Source: Octopus sinensis (taxonomy: Eukaryota). Taken from it: a stretch of 64,000 nt of DNA. This document shows positions 23,820 through 39,242 of this stretch, piece after piece; within the stretch, counting starts at the first letter, position 1; each line of letters starts with the position of its first letter. The translations under genes were made by a program, and so were the position numbers. The notes under the pieces are model-generated. The model saw nothing but the letters and a program-made list of their open reading frames with translations. It was not told the origin of the DNA and made no database searches. The stretch lies in assembly GCF_006345805.1 (NCBI RefSeq), contig NC_042998.1, positions 130,944,001 through 131,008,000 of the forward strand, read 5' to 3'.

Positions 23820-23821
<2 letters not shown>
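23271..23821 (+). mobile_element. ~550-bp non-coding SINE-like element inserted in (AAT)n
   Basis: Repeated at 23870-24367. Both copies start with GATGCAGTACC and end CTCTCTCA(C/T)TC-(AAT)n. Confidence 0.8.
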
Positions 23822-23868
<47 letters not shown>

Positions 23869-23869
23869 T

Positions 23870-24367
23870 GCCCTGATGCAGTACCTGCCAGTGGCTCTCG
23901 TGGATTCTGATCTTAACTGATTGGAAGTGCTATCATGTGCATTGTTTTGTCTTGGTATAAAAGATGGGCTACGGCAAATATTCTGCTCTATACCACAGAT
24001 TTACTTGTCAGTTATTTGACCTTAACCAGTTGAGCATGTCCCTTAGTGGCTGACGATATGTGCATCTCTGATAATGTGCAGAAGTTGTGGGGGAGCATAA
24101 TAACCATCTGTTGAGATGAATTCTTTGGGGCTTGAATAATTCCCCTTTGGAAACATGGGTATTTTGTCCATCATCCTTAAACAACCTTTATTCAGGGACC
24201 TTTTGAGCGGGATGGGTTACTCGACCAGAAGAAAATTCTAAGTGGGCCCCACATATGGTTGTGATGCATGTTCCTACCCTTATCAGACGGGTAGTCATGA
24301 TGAGTATACTGGGCTTCGTATATCTTACCTCAGTGTCACTTTGATGGTATGCACTGCTCTCTCATTC
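23870..24367 (+). mobile_element. Second copy of the ~550-bp element (internal deletion)
   Basis: Direct repeat of 23271-23821 lacking ~50 bp between GGCCCCAC and ATATGG. Confidence 0.8.
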
Positions 24368-24383
24368 AATGATGATGATGATG

Positions 24384-24516
<133 letters not shown>

Positions 24517-24529
24517 TAATAATAATAAA

Positions 24530-25130
24530 CGATTCTTTTAGACTTTCCAGTATGTACAAAACCGACCATCAAAGCTAATAAACCAGATATTGTTGTGAAA
24601 GATCAAAACAATAAAATCCGCTAATTAATTGACCGGAGCTTATTGTGACCATAATATTTCGGCAAAAGAATTTGGTAAGCTCAGAAAATATAAAGATTTG
24701 GTAACCGAAATCGAGAAGATGTGGCATCTCAAGACGGTTACCATACCAGTGATTGTAGGAGCACTTAGATTGATAAAAAAAGGAACTGAAAATTATGTAA
24801 GAATGATCCCTGGCTTACCATTTATGCAGGAAGGACAAACTATTGTCTTAACTCGTACATCACACTTACTGAGAAAAGCATTGTCGCTGTGAATATCCTC
24901 TACTTTTTACCCCATTATTTTCTTTGTTTAATTTTTCATTTTGTAATTTTTTTCCGTTTTCTCGCTGTCGTTCACCTACTTTCTCTCTATAACATGATTT
25001 TGTAAATGAACAATCTGGCGTGTTTATTTTAATGGCCTACCAATGTATACAGCGCGTGTTTCTGCCCTAGGTGTCAGGAAGACACTGGACAAGAAATGGA
25101 AATACATTTGAAAGAATATTGTAATAAAAA
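24530..25130 (+). mobile_element. 3' end of an R4/Dong-type RLE LINE
   Basis: ANKPDIVVKD..LID..KEFGKLRKYKDLVTEIEKMWHLKTVTIPVIVGALRLI..LRKALSL* is a PD-(D/E)xK restriction-like endonuclease. Flanked by AAT/TAT microsatellites. Confidence 0.85.
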
Positions 25131-25137
25131 TAACAAC

Positions 25138-25205
<68 letters not shown>

Positions 25206-25889
25206 TTATTATTACTGTTGTAATGTCGTTCCTCTTATTGTTGTTGATGTTGCTGACGATGGTGGTTGGCAGAGGAAACGGAGCCAATGTCGTCTTTATA
25301 GTGGGCCGTGATTATGATGAAAATGATGATTAGCTAACGATTATTATTGTTGATAATGTTGTTCTCACTTCTGTTCAGGAGCATTTATTCCTATCTGATA
25401 TTTTTCTTTTGTATATTCCTGTGTGTTTTCTATATTATACATTTCCATTCTATTATTGTGGATTGTACCGGCAATGCTATAACGCTTCTCTACTATAGCA
25501 TGTAAAGAGATATGTTCTAATCTGTATGTGTCTCATATATGTCTGAATATATATGTATACACACGCAAACACACACACACAGACGCACACACATATACAC
25601 ACACTAATACAAATACATATATATATATGTTTGTACGTGTATGTGTGTGCATGTATGTATATGCCAAGTTAAGATGTTTTTGTTCCTGTATAAATATATC
25701 AGAAATATGTGAGTACATATGTGCATGTACACACGTATATATATATATATGTCTGTGTATGTGTGTGTGTAAAATCTTATCATTTCTCTCGTGCTAGCTT
25801 ACACATGTGTGTATACATATGTGATTACAGAGGCGGGTGTATGTATCAAGTAACCAATTATCTTCAAACGTGCATACACGATATATATA

Positions 25890-25920
<31 letters not shown>

Positions 25921-26043
25921 GTATGTATATATATACATGCATAGATATATGCATACATACATGCATACATACTTACATTCAAGTATATGTGTGTGTGTGT
26001 ATATATGCGCGCACTCACACACACATATATATATATATATATG

Positions 26044-26087
<44 letters not shown>

Positions 26088-26779
26088 CATATATATATTT
26101 ATATATATATATATATATATGCCTTTCTTTATGTTTTCAATGTGTATAAGTATATCGCATAACCAATTAACACTCTTCTGAAAGATCTGTTTCATAATTT
26201 AGCAGAAACGTACAAACAACATTAACAGCAATGGTAACACCAACCACAGCTGCAGTAATAACGATTATCAAACATGAAATACAAAGGAAACATATTGAAG
26301 GATTCAAAGAGACGCACACAATTATTCGCTTTTACATGCATAAACACCCACATACACACATATAAATAATTATCTCTCTATTCTATTGAATTGTCTGGAC
26401 AATCTATTATAGAACCATGCGTATTGCTATGTTATTACGAATGCCAACGGAACTGTTACAACTGCGTTTGTCTCTACTTATTTTGACTGGCAAATTGATA
26501 TCGTATCAAAACAACACGTTACTCATTCTGTTTTCGTGATATTTTTTTTTTTCGCCTAGTTTTATCTGCACAAAACAAATTCAACGAAAATAACGAAAAG
26601 CAGAATAACAGCTAAGATGGTTTTATTCAATTTCTGTAGTATGGGAAAATATATTTTCAACTGATCGATAAAGTAATTTAGTTGTAACCAGCTGGATCAT
26701 CCACAATAAAATAATATACATATAATATGAGCTTCAATTTCGACGTCAAGAATGCAGAAAAAAGAAGAGATGTTAATGA

Positions 26780-28640
26780 TTACAGAAATGAACACAGCAT
26801 TATACAAAATTTGATAGCAATTTACAGACAAACACGTGAACATGAACATCAATGGCCTGTCTATCACCACTACCTCAAGCAACGAAGGCCTTAAATATCT
26901 CGGAATTTACGAAAATATCTCATACTTTGGTGATGCAAGCAAAGCTAGAGTGATCAAAATATACTTTAGCATATTACGGAAGGTATGGAAATCAGAGTTA
27001 TCCGCATCCAACAATACCATATTCCACAAACTCCCGTGGTGCCAGTGCTAGTGCCAACATATGGCATACTAAACTGGACAGAAATGTGTAACCAAGGCAT
27101 CAGAACTAGTAAGATATTAACAATATTAACAAGCTCTGTTTTATAGAGTTTCTGTCCGAATCGACAGGTTCTATATAAAACGGAGAGCAAAGAGGAAAGT
27201 AAGTACATCAGATGTTTACTTAAGCGCAAACCTCATAACATTACGAGACTATACAAAGAACTCTTGGATAGATACGCAGTGTACAGATATTCCATGTGAA
27301 CCTAAGGTAGCTGTACGAACCGATCTAAACAGGCACTTGGAGAAGAAATAGTCATCACACCAACTGGATCAAATGCATGAGTATATATCCAACAAGCTAA
27401 CTAACACCGACATTGACAAGAGTAGTAATCTCTTATGATCTTATGAATCTGTGGTAAATGCATTATATCTCACCTAAAAGGATGTCGTATCATCATTGGA
27501 TGACTTAAAATATCTGCAGGTTTTACCGCTTCATGGGACATAATATTGTCTCAAAGATAGTTTACAACGCTATGCAGACAACCGTCTGCGTTGGCGGCTA
27601 CACTAAAGACAAAGTACATCAGCACTGGAAAGGCACTTACACGTAAAAACAAAATACAAAATTGGTGAAACAAACCGATGGGAACGGCATCCCGTTCTAT
27701 GGGGGACAGAGCAAACGATATGCACTGTTGTAAAGATTAGACACCCAGCTGGTGTGAATGTTGCATCAAAAATTGTTGAAGAAGAGAACATTTACAGAGA
27801 ACTAATAAGAAGCTTGAAGGTCTTGTGCCCAGACTACAGATCTTCATTCGTACCCGTTATCATAGGGGCACTGAGGTATATAATAACTGATTTGCATAAA
27901 ATCCTAGATAAACCTAGGTTCTACTAAAAAGACTAAACCAAACTAATCTGTGTTTTTGAAATATTACCAATTAGTGGTACAATTAAAATTTGGAAATTTT
28001 TCAAGAACTTCTCCATGCGTGCTTCCCAGCCTAAAAATATAAAAATCATGGAAATGCTTCTGAATTTCTTGGATCAGACATATTCACACATCCACACACA
28101 CACACACACATACACACACAAGACAGTCAGATGCCGGCTAACACTCGTTGACGTTACATCAAAGAGGCCAGGGAACAGAAGAAAGAAGAAGAAAGAAGAC
28201 ATGCACCCAACACCAAAGCTGAAGTCACCTCCAAAAGGGGGGATCGCCACGTCAAAACGGTAGAGGAATAGGGGCCGAAACCGGACATGGTTTCTCCTGA
28301 TGATGTCTTGAGCAAACTGGATCCTCTAAGGGAGCTGTTCTGGTAGCAGACAACGAAACACGGTTGAAATTCCTTCCTATGGAATGCACAACATATATAC
28401 AGAAGACTGAAGTATGAACACTTGAATACTGTAGTGTAGAAGGTCTGAAGTACAGAGACCTGTATATTAATCTGAAACACATATGCAATGCAAGACTGCA
28501 AGTTATTCATGAACACAAACATGTACATATGCATCACCAACCACTTCAGATAACTACTAACCCCAAACACCTACCTGTCTTAACTGAAGCAAAAGAGTTT
28601 TCGTTAGTGGCCAACTTGAATTTTCCAAAGAGAAAAACTT
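26780..28640 (+). mobile_element. Decayed R4/Dong-like RLE LINE with 3' UTR
   Basis: Remnants KYLGIYEN, ELSASN, VVPVLVPTYGILNWT and YRFSFVPVIIGAL. The 3' boundary is uncertain. Confidence 0.65.
28291..28369 (+). ncRNA. Degenerate hammerhead-like motif
   Basis: UUUCUC / CUGAUGA / UGUCU..AGACA-AC / GAAAC-ACG-GUU / GAAA. Confidence 0.4.
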
Positions 28641-28688
28641 AAATAAATCCTAAAAATAACACATATATACATACACTACACACACACA

Positions 28689-28762
<74 letters not shown>

Positions 28763-28958
28763 AGTGTGTATATACGTGTGTATATGCGTGTGTGGCTGTG
28801 TGTGTTTGTGTATGTGTGTGTGTACGTGCAACTGCGTATGCACCAAAGTATATGTGTGTTTGCATGCACGTGCGAGTGAATCTGTAAAAAATACCGACAA
28901 AATATATACCTTGTTGAATGTACGCGCAACCAGGTTTGAAGTCTTACAAGATGGTACG

Positions 28959-29018
<60 letters not shown>

Positions 29019-30718
29019 GTGAGTACCATGCATATGAAACCTGTGAAAATCCGTAATTTCAATTTGAATTTATTATGGATGCATGAATTGAGTTGACTGC
29101 TGTTTATGCTTTAAATAAAAGCTTATATGGATGGTAAGATAGTATAGTTCGTTAGCAAAATGTTATGTACGTGGAAGTGGTTGAATTCGAATGGTTGCCA
29201 GTAGCTGTAGAAGATTCAATGCATAATTGAAGTAACATCATCGCAAAGCTAGTCGCTTTTTGCATGCTGTTATCTGAGGTGGTGAAAAAGAAAACAAGAT
29301 ATTTGGGAAAATCATCCATCACAATAGTTATTAGTACCTTATGCCTGGTGTAATGTCTCTGCTATTATGACAGCATGAAACAGGTAAAACTATTAATTAT
29401 TTTTTAATGCAATATCAGTCTAAGTAACTGGCTCATGTAGATTCATAAAGGCGAATATAAGTATAGAATATAATTATTTGAACTAAAAGAATGACGCAAA
29501 TCTTTACTGGCGCCAGTTGGGCAGGGTGAAAAATTACACATTCAAGCTTACAATGCTGATATGGCAACAGCTTTTCTTTCAGAGAAGTTTTAAAAAATCA
29601 ACTGCTCTAGTTTTAATTATCTTTATCGTTTGTTTTTTACTTTCTCCTTTTCATTTTGAGTTCTTGTAGTTTGTTTCGAAAATATAAGATCTAGAAGTAT
29701 TGATGAATGCTAGTTTCTCGATCTTCGTAATTCTGGATTAAGGTATTCGGCATGCGTCACTGTGTCTTTATAGCAGGTAGGTCGAATGTTATTAATGCAG
29801 ACGTTGCATCTGCAATTTGTATTTTTAAAAATTAGATTTAGAATACACGATCAATGAGAACACCTCATCAATCAGAACACAAACAGCACTACATCGAGCC
29901 ACAAACCAACACTAATTTAATTTATAAATATATAAGTTGAAATCTCTACATCAATAACAAACTGTAAGCATGTATAATTACAAATCCACTATTAATGCTA
30001 AATACGATTTAATAATTTGTTTGAGTACATGAAAGTGTAAATTCCATGCCTCCAGATGATATATTAGCTATAAACGTACGATGCTCTCCCCTCCGGAGAA
30101 TCATGTACCTACAAAACGAAGCAGTATCAATGTTCGACACGATGCAAAACTAGACAGGAAAACATTAGTGAACGTGTGTACTCTACAAAAATTTCAAACA
30201 AAAATAGCAGATTATATAATCATGGAAGAAAACCCGATAGCACAATGCAATTCCGAAACCAATAAATTACACTGATTTTATGTGAAAATTAAATATAAAG
30301 AAATAACGCCAAGCTAACTTATAAATCTAATGACCCAAAATTCGAAACTCAAGTTTACTATACATCCATCATAAGAGAATTTAAACAAAAATTAGCAGCT
30401 AAACGATTGTTATATATGACCTAGTACTCGATGAAGAGAATTAAATTTCGTTGTAAGAAGTTTCAGTAGTTTTAAGAGTTAATAATGGATGGTGTGCGTA
30501 CTTTTGAATGGTTAACACACAACATACAATTTTATAATATATTTCTGACTATGAGTATGGTGTGGCACCCTCAGTGACACAAATACCGCAATCAAACAAC
30601 TGAAAAATGGCTGTATAAAATGTACGTCTATATATTTATATGTAGGTAATCATACGCATAGTTCACTGTAAATATATATGTGCATGTGTGTGTATGTGTG
30701 TGTATATATATGTATATA

Positions 30719-30790
<72 letters not shown>

Positions 30791-31233
30791 TGCTTAACAA
30801 AATAGATGTGTTGTGTTACACATGTCTATAAGTTTTGCTCTAAAAGAATTTTTCAAACGGAGTGTTCGTTTTAAGAGCTCTTATAAATCAAAAACGAGGA
30901 AATGCTATAAATCACATTAACTTTAATGTAATGTATAATATTCATCTTGACGTATGACCATGTCCATCATGAGTCTCGTAAATGAGAAAGGCTTCTAATA
31001 TATATATTACTTTTCAAAAGAGCAATAAAAATTATGCCTACAGGAACGTTCATACGTATATCTGCATATACATATACGTGTGTATGTGTTTTGTGTGTTT
31101 GCGCGCGTGTATCTTTGGGCGGTGTTTGTGTAAATATTAGTATGTTGGTTAAGGTCGGACGAATGAGAGATGAGAATTCTATACACGTTATAAAGTATAA
31201 GCGTTTTTTTCGTTAAAACTTAAATAAAATTTC

Positions 31234-31277
31234 TCCTGCAATTCTAGTTTCACGCCACTATAATCTTCAGGCGAGGA
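31234..31277 (-). ncRNA. Degenerate hammerhead immediately after a short ORF remnant (PLE-like 3' end)
   Basis: Minus strand: UCCU-C-GC / CUGAAGA / truncated stem II / GAAAC-UAGA-AUU / GC-AGGA. It starts 4 nt after the stop of the 31281-31508 ORF. Confidence 0.45.
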
Positions 31278-32292
31278 CAGTTACAACTCGGTTTTGGCGC
31301 TGAAGTCATATCCTTTCGTGTGTATGAGAGCTTGGTGTTTTGTGATTGGTTGATGTTTCTCTTTTAATTGATTGTTCATGTTCTTCTTCATAATATAGTG
31401 TTTGTATTTCTCGCAGTTGGACATGGGCAGTTTAGTTATCAATTTTCTTTTTATTTTTAGGAGATTTGGTGATACATAATATTTATGTGTAAGTGTGAGT
31501 GTGTGCATATGTGTGTTTGTCAGTATGTGTGTGTGTGCATATGAGTGTGTTAAATGTTGCGTATTAATTGTTTACTTGTAACAGTAATTTAGAGTGTATC
31601 TCGCAACTATTTCCTAATGAATTGTATTATTAAGGTTGAGTAATTTGCAGAGAATGTTTTTTGGGGTAAATTATATCAGTTCTTTAATGGAATTTTGTTT
31701 CTCTTATTTTGAAAAATATATCTGTGTGTATGTGTATGTGTTTGTGTGTGTGAGAGAATGCAAGATTCTGTAGAATTTATGTTTTGCGAAATATTCAAGT
31801 ATATGAGCGCGCCTTAAGGATTGTAGTCAACTGGCTTTATGTGTAAATCTGGAATGAATGTTTGGTATTTTGCCATTTTATATTTGCAGTAATCTTGTTT
31901 TCCTTTCACTCGCAGAGTGACTGCACAGGGACGTTGCGATCATTTTGTGTATAGTGTATGTGTATGTTTGGGTGTATCTGTCTAAAGATTCCACCAGTGG
32001 CGCCGATATAGTTTGTTTCAATTTACACGTAAACGTCTGATTGCATTATACACTTCTACTTTCTTGTTATGGCGCTTAAAAAATCAAACTTAAAAAGTTA
32101 CCAATTACGTTCATATGACTTATTTTCCCTCCTCCTCCTACTACTACTACAACAACCATCGCCACTACTACCACCATCACCACCACCACCACCACCACCA
32201 CCACTACCACTACTACTACTACTACTATTACTACTACAACCATCGCCACTACCACCACCATCACCACCACCACCACCACCACCACCACTACC

Positions 32293-32346
<54 letters not shown>

Positions 32347-33045
32347 TCTTCTTCTTCTTCTTCTTCTATAGTCACACGCTCAATGAATACCTAAATTCAG
32401 TTCGAATGTAAAACTGGTTTAAATATGCATTCTATGAATAAGGAATTCTTTAACTTAAAATGCGACTGAGCAATAATTAGGGCTGGGCGTTGAATTAAGC
32501 AGGACGGTAGACAAAAAAATCTAGGTAAACAGCTGGGGTGTTTAAGAAAGTGATATAGATTATTAAACAGTCAACTGCTTGTTGAAAACAATTATATATA
32601 ATACATGTACGTGGCCAGTTTAATGTATGTGTGTGTTTATACTTGTGTTCTTGCGTGTGTGTATGTGTTTGTTTGTAGACATATGTGTGTGTGTCTGTCT
32701 GTGTGATTGTGCCTGTGTAAGTATTCACTTACGTGTTTATGTATCTATATGAATACATAAAAATTATATAAACGCTTAAATATATACGTATTGAAACTAT
32801 AGAATTCGAAGAAAATGTGGAAGAGTAAATCAAAATAAATTTCCAAGGAACTGATTCGGAATAAATCAGATTAATGGGGTAAAAAAGTAATGTAAATTTA
32901 AATTAATTTCAATGAATTTAAAATGAAATTGCGTGGATCGAACTGAAATACTAAAGAAAGGAAACCAATAGCGAAAGATGCCAGTAAAGGAGAAAAATGA
33001 TTCTGTAAGAAGAAATCAAATAAACTACGCATGTATGTATATATA

Positions 33046-33076
<31 letters not shown>

Positions 33077-33077
33077 T

Positions 33078-33190
33078 TGACGGTAAAGTGAGAAAGTCAT
33101 TTACTTTTCGAGCCTACGCTCTTCAACAGAAAGGAACAAGAGAAAATAGACATAGAGAGAATTTATAAATAACCTGTGGATTTAGCAGTC
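33078..33190 (-). mobile_element. Penelope-like pLTR fragment with degenerate HHR-like motif
   Basis: Reverse complement reads CCTTTCTGTTGAAGAGCGTAGGCTCGAAAAGTAAATGAC, matching 16883-16920. Confidence 0.7.
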
Positions 33191-34044
33191 AAGCATGTAT
33201 GTGTGTATGTATGTATGCATTTATCTCTCTCTCTCTCTCTCTCTGTAGATATATATATATGGCAGATGGAGGTTGAAATAGCACAAAAGTAAATCTCCCT
33301 TTTAAATTGAAATGTCTTAGACTTACCTCTGTCCTATTTGCACCTCCATCTTTAGATGGTAGATAGATAGGTAGATTGATTGATTGATTGTTTGATTGAT
33401 TGACTGATTGATTGGTTGATTGATATGTAATCACCTGCTAAATTGAAAGAGTGAAGATACATGTTCAACAAAAATAAACATAGAAGGAGATAAAAAGAAA
33501 GTAGAAACAAGGGGGCCTACATTTTAGGTCTATGCCACTAATTAAAGACAAATAAAAGAGATAACACCAAATTATTTACTTCTGTTTACAATGCAGGTAT
33601 AGTAGGAAAATGTATTTGGGGGATACAATAGAGAGAGGAGAAAATTTGTAAAAGAGAGAAGAGCCTAAAATTATCGGTAGATGTGTTTATAGTATCATCA
33701 AATGTTGAACAAGATAACAAAGTAATAAATGATCATCTAATGAACCTCATTTGTTTACAGCTGTTCCTGGTATAAGATGTTGAGGACTTGTAGTTCAGTG
33801 CCTGAATAACACCTTATTGCTGCATTTGAGCCTCGAGTGTGAAGTGCAATGTATTTGGGAAAGAATTATATTTGTGCATATTTAGAGAAATGCATTATCA
33901 ATGAGAAAGTCAATACAGATGTATATAACAAAAGTGTACGTCCAAAATGTAATTAGATGTATTAATAGAAATATGTGAATATATGCGTACGCATGAATTT
34001 CGGTTATTAGTCTCACAATGCATAAGCGAAATTTATATTTACAT

Positions 34045-34900
34045 CAAAGTGGGTAGCCAAAAGAAATCGGAACTTTGCAATGTTATTTTATTTTCTTAGT
34101 TTTACTTGTTTTCACTTTTATCACCTTCGAAGAATTCTCCATTTAAAGCAAAGCATCGGTCCAGACGCGTTTTCCGTTGTTCGAAGCAGTACTGGAACTC
34201 TTGTGAAGTGATGCATTTCAACGCCTCCGTCGTTATTTATTTCACCTCTACCACATCTGCAAATTCTGTAGCACCAGCTTCCATCACCAGTGATGACCTT
34301 CGAAAAAGCGTCCGGATCAACTTCCAGCTGCTCTTTCAGTTCACTACAAGCATTCAGTTGTGACTGCTTTTGATCCTCCGTAAGCAAGTGAGGGAGAAAT
34401 TTTTCTGCAAATTTTTCATTCACAATTCCTCGCATAACATTCGTTAGCAGGAGATCGAGGACACGTTAATCATATCAGCAAGTTCGTCGGTCCTTCAAGG
34501 TCATTTCATGAATTTTCATGATGTTTTCATTCGTTCGAGTGGTCGACGGTCGCCCTGAACGAGGTTGGTCTTCACGCGACAAGTGACCTTTCCTAAAGCG
34601 TGAAAAAAACACGTAAACTTCTTTTTTGCCTATGGCAGCGTCCTTGTAAATTGTTTCAAGCATGACAACTGTTTCGGCTGCCGTTTTTCTCAGCAGAAAA
34701 CAGAATTTCACAGAAGCACGCTGTTCCTTCGTTTCAGCCATCGCAAAAATCGACGAATAATAGAGAAGCGCTGTAAAACAAAGGCGTACCACGTGGCTGT
34801 ACGACTTTACTACACGATGGCGGTTGGCAGACTGATGCCTGAGATTTGCAGCAATAGGTTTCTAGCGCTGGAAGCCCGAACTACAACGGCATTGTCGCAT
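34045..34900 (-). mobile_element. Mariner transposase pseudogene (N-terminal half)
   Basis: EQRASVKFCFLLRKTAAETVVML..FSRFRKG..EDQPRSGRPST, KFLPHLLTEDQK (WVPHEL-like) and VITGDGSWCY (first catalytic D). Confidence 0.9.
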
Positions 34901-35115
34901 CGAGAATATATGTTTCGCATTACCCTTAATCTAAAGAAGAGAAACCACAAAACTTGAGTAGCATCCCTGAAAATCTTTTACATTTTTCTTTACCTTACAA
35001 TATTGAGTAATTTTTCGCTTAATCATATTTCCACTCATTTCATAGATTTCATTCATCCTTTATTATCCACTTTAGAAACACGCAAACATATTTGTAAGTA
35101 TATTTGTCTGTGTGC

Positions 35116-35166
<51 letters not shown>

Positions 35167-35392
35167 CGGGGTATTGATGTTACATTTTTACGTTTTCTGT
35201 CTATAATAATATCTTTCTCCTAATTTCACGGATAATTTAATTCTGTCTTCGCAAAATATCTATTCTATCCTCTCTCATAACATCGACGTATCTGTCTCGC
35301 AATATATATATATATATATTATATATATATATATATATATACATACATATATCTTCTTGTATGTATGTGTGTGAATATATGTGTGCATGTGC

Positions 35393-35438
<46 letters not shown>

Positions 35439-37292
35439 GTGTGTGAGTGTATATACTTATATATGTGTGTGAGTTTGCGTTCGTGTGTATGCGTGTGTAT
35501 ACCTGTATATATATGTGTGTGTGTGTGTTTGGGTATACAGATACACGTATACCTGTATTACATTATAATAATCTATTTATAAGTATCTCTCTCTATATGC
35601 GTGTACAAGTTATAGATGCATGCGTATAAATGATCGATGACTTTACTTTGAAGAAATATGTTATGTACGTATACATCTTCCTATTTTATTCATCTGTCGA
35701 CTTTGTTTACCACAAACGCAGAGAGAAGCACAAACACACACAAATATATTGTGTGTCTCTTTTCACGTGTGTGTCAGTGCGTGTACCGGTAACTATATAC
35801 GTATATATAATTTTTATGCATATATGAGTTCTGAATGCCGGTTTCTACATATATGTTTATGTATGTGTCGGAAATATTCATACGAAGCTGATGACTTATA
35901 TCTGTGTAGAAGCGTTTGTTCTTGTATATAAAAGGAAGTCGTCAGTATATATCAAAAGCAATGTAATGTGTCTGTTTCTATTGCATAATATTTTATTATT
36001 CATTTCTTCCGTCTGATGTTTTATTTTAAAATTCACTTTGTATATTTTTTCAGCGTATCACCAATGTTTCAATGTCTTATCCACTTATCTTCAGCATAAA
36101 CGTTGACAAAAAAAGAAAAAAAAAAGACTTTTTTTGTTCTAAGGATATTAGTCTCTAGGTCTTCACTGATCGAACAGAGTTATGAACAAAAGCGTTCCAG
36201 TCGTATCCGCCCTAACGTTTTACAGATACATGGAACTATATTATCAAACGTGTACTTTTCATGTTAAAAGAGTGTAATTTGAGGTTGATGTCGTTCAGTC
36301 TGCTAATTCCAGTAAATTGAGTGGTCATGAATGCCGCCATCATCAGAAAAATATTTCATTAAAACGTGTACAGTGTATGTGCTACACTGTATTTATAGAG
36401 TGAGTGTACATATTCTACTTTCATTTATAGAATATAGTTGTGGATTACATTCCATTAGACGGCGTATTTCAATGTACATTAGGGGTTTCATTTGACGGGT
36501 ATATGTGTGCGTAATTATTAGATTCCATACGGAAAACTGTTTCATTTTGGATTATTAATGAATCGGGAGATCACTAACCTTTGTGTTTTTTTGTTTTTTG
36601 TTTTTTTGTTTTTAGTGGAATAACATACGGAAACGATGCTCACTTCAAGGAAACGTTTTCATACATTCCTTTTTGACAATCAGAGAGTTATATCATCCTA
36701 CTGCAAAAGTAACTTCTATCAATATCGGACCATATAAAGATACTTGGTGAATTTAACAAAACAACCTCAGAAAGAATTTTCAATTTCAGTCACTACCTTC
36801 CTACGCCACACAATAATGTACTGCTCCCACATGAATGTCCGTATTTCCGAATGCTCAAAAATGCATTTAAATGAAAGTCATTCGTCGGATGGTCAAAGAA
36901 TCACCGAATAACAATACAAACAAGAGCAGTCAGAGAGCGCAATCCTCCGCCAATGGAACACCAATGTTCTCACAACAATTATTCAGAGATGTTTTTTTAA
37001 AATGGTAATATCTGAAATAAACTGGACTGCTTTCGAAAACGAGAATGCTAAAACTGAACCTGACCGCTCTCAAAATTGAATTAAGAACCAAAAAAGAAAA
37101 CAAAAATCCAGAATCTTTATCCACTAATGGGTCGATCCCAAAAACCTAATTTGTTCGTGCTAGTCACGAGGCCAAACATCCCCAAAAGTTTCCTCCAAAT
37201 CCATGCAGCGGTTTTTGATATATTTTGTCCACGGACAACAAACATGACTAAGAGCAATACCTCCACCTTTGCTACGGTGGAGGTAATAATAT

Positions 37293-37330
<38 letters not shown>

Positions 37331-37831
37331 ATATATTATGTCACTGCCTGTTTGTTTGTGTTTTCTAATGGTTTCTACACATCTGTACTAGATATTTGAA
37401 TGCCATCTCGAGCCAAGACCTCCCGAAATACAAGGCGTACATGCTCACATAAACTCCACTCACGCAGTTGCTAACCAGCGTGCCGAACATTCTGCGAATG
37501 TTCTTCCTACCAACATATATTCTGCAGTTGTCATATAACAGATGTCCAGGTTAACATCATTTGCATCAATTTCTCCTGTATAAGAGCTACTGTGAAGGTA
37601 ACCTAGAGTGCATCCTCCATTCTTCTTCAAATTATGCTATATTTAGTGGTATGCAAATATTTATCATTGTTTTTGTGACTGTACTGCTTTGAACAATGTA
37701 AAAAGAAACGAATTTAAACATAATGCAGATACATTACTTTTTAATCTTTATGTCTTATTGGAAGTAAGTTAATGGTATTTTAAAGTCTCCGAAAGAGAGT
37801 TTAAAACTCTACATGTCCATACATCTTCAAT

Positions 37832-38232
37832 AGGTGCAGCTGTTTGATAAGAAGTTTGTTCCCAGCCACATGGTTCCAGGTTCAGTCCCATTTTGTAGCA
37901 CCTTATGCAACAGTCTCTGCTGTAGCTTCAGGCCATTCAAATCCCTGTGAGTAGATTTGCTAGACGGAAACTGAAGGAAGTCCGTATTATGAGTGCGCGA
38001 ATACGTGTGCGAGCGGGCATTCGTGTTATGGTGTTTGTGCTGTCTGCCACTACTGTTTGACAACTGGCGTTGGTTTCTTTACGTACCCGTGACATAGCGG
38101 TTCGGTAAAAAAAGAGGCAGATAAAATAAGTATCAGGCTTATGCAAACAAAGAAAGAAGTACTGAGGTTGATCGACTAAAACTTCTAAGGCGTGACCCAG
38201 TATAACAGAAGCAAGTAAGACATAAAAGGTTA
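37832..38232 (+). mobile_element. tRNA-derived SINE, degenerate full length
   Basis: Head GGTGCAG..TAAGAAGTTTG..GGTTCAGTCCC. Body matches other SINE pieces in the window (4048-4188, 6945-7088). Confidence 0.75.
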
Positions 38233-39192
38233 AAATATATGCCATACCATCTTATAATTTTTAGTGTGAAGAGCACTATGAGGTGCACCACTGTGTAATA
38301 CATACCCCGTTCTTTTACACACACCCACAAAATTATGTTGTCACAGTTTAAAAACTAATGACAGCAGGAAGAATAAATTTGTGCTCATTAATTATTTGAA
38401 AATAAATTTAACTGATTTTCTTTTTCTATTCTATTTAAAAAATAATTTGCAGAATGCTGTTTTCCTTTAGACAGTTATTTTTCCATTTAGTTTGTAGCCC
38501 ACAGCATTTCATTTCAATGTGTGATATGCTTGATGAGCTATAGATTATATGAAAAAGGAAATCTGTAACATAAAAAAAATGCAATTAAAATAGAACATCC
38601 ATACAAATAGTTACATAGCAACACAATTTCATTCTGAGATTGGCGACTATAAATACGGAAAATTACATTTCAATATAAGGTACTTTTACTTTCGTATATT
38701 GATATTTTATTAACATTGGGTCAAATACTTTTTCCGTTGTTATAAGGGAATGAGAGTGGGTGGTACAAGTCGAACAAAGGTCTACGATTCTTTTAATGTT
38801 TTTGTTTTTTAGTACCTTTTAAGTTAGACATTGTTTGTTCCTGCAGGATTCTATATTGAAAAGGTATGCATGATGCTAGTGTTTGTGTTTCTCTATAGAC
38901 AGAAAAAAAAATCATTATGCTTTGTCAAATTGTATGATGCAATGGTATTATTTTCTTGGAGGAATATTCATACGTGTCACAGTCTAGTACTAAGGTGACC
39001 GTTGTAACAATTCATGTATTGAAATTTACCTTTGAAAGCCGCCAAAAAAATTATTCGTCGCGAGTGGCACGATTTCTGCTACGAAATTTCTGTATTTATG
39101 TATGCGGGCAAGTATACACACACACAATTATATATATATATATATATATATATATCCATGCATATATATGTATGAGTGTGCGTGTGTGTGTA

Positions 39193-39242
<50 letters not shown>

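Noticed and set aside
36052-36102. CUGAAGA..GAAAC..GUG on the minus strand
   Set aside because: No stem II, a non-cleavable GUG triplet and a poor stem I; likely chance.
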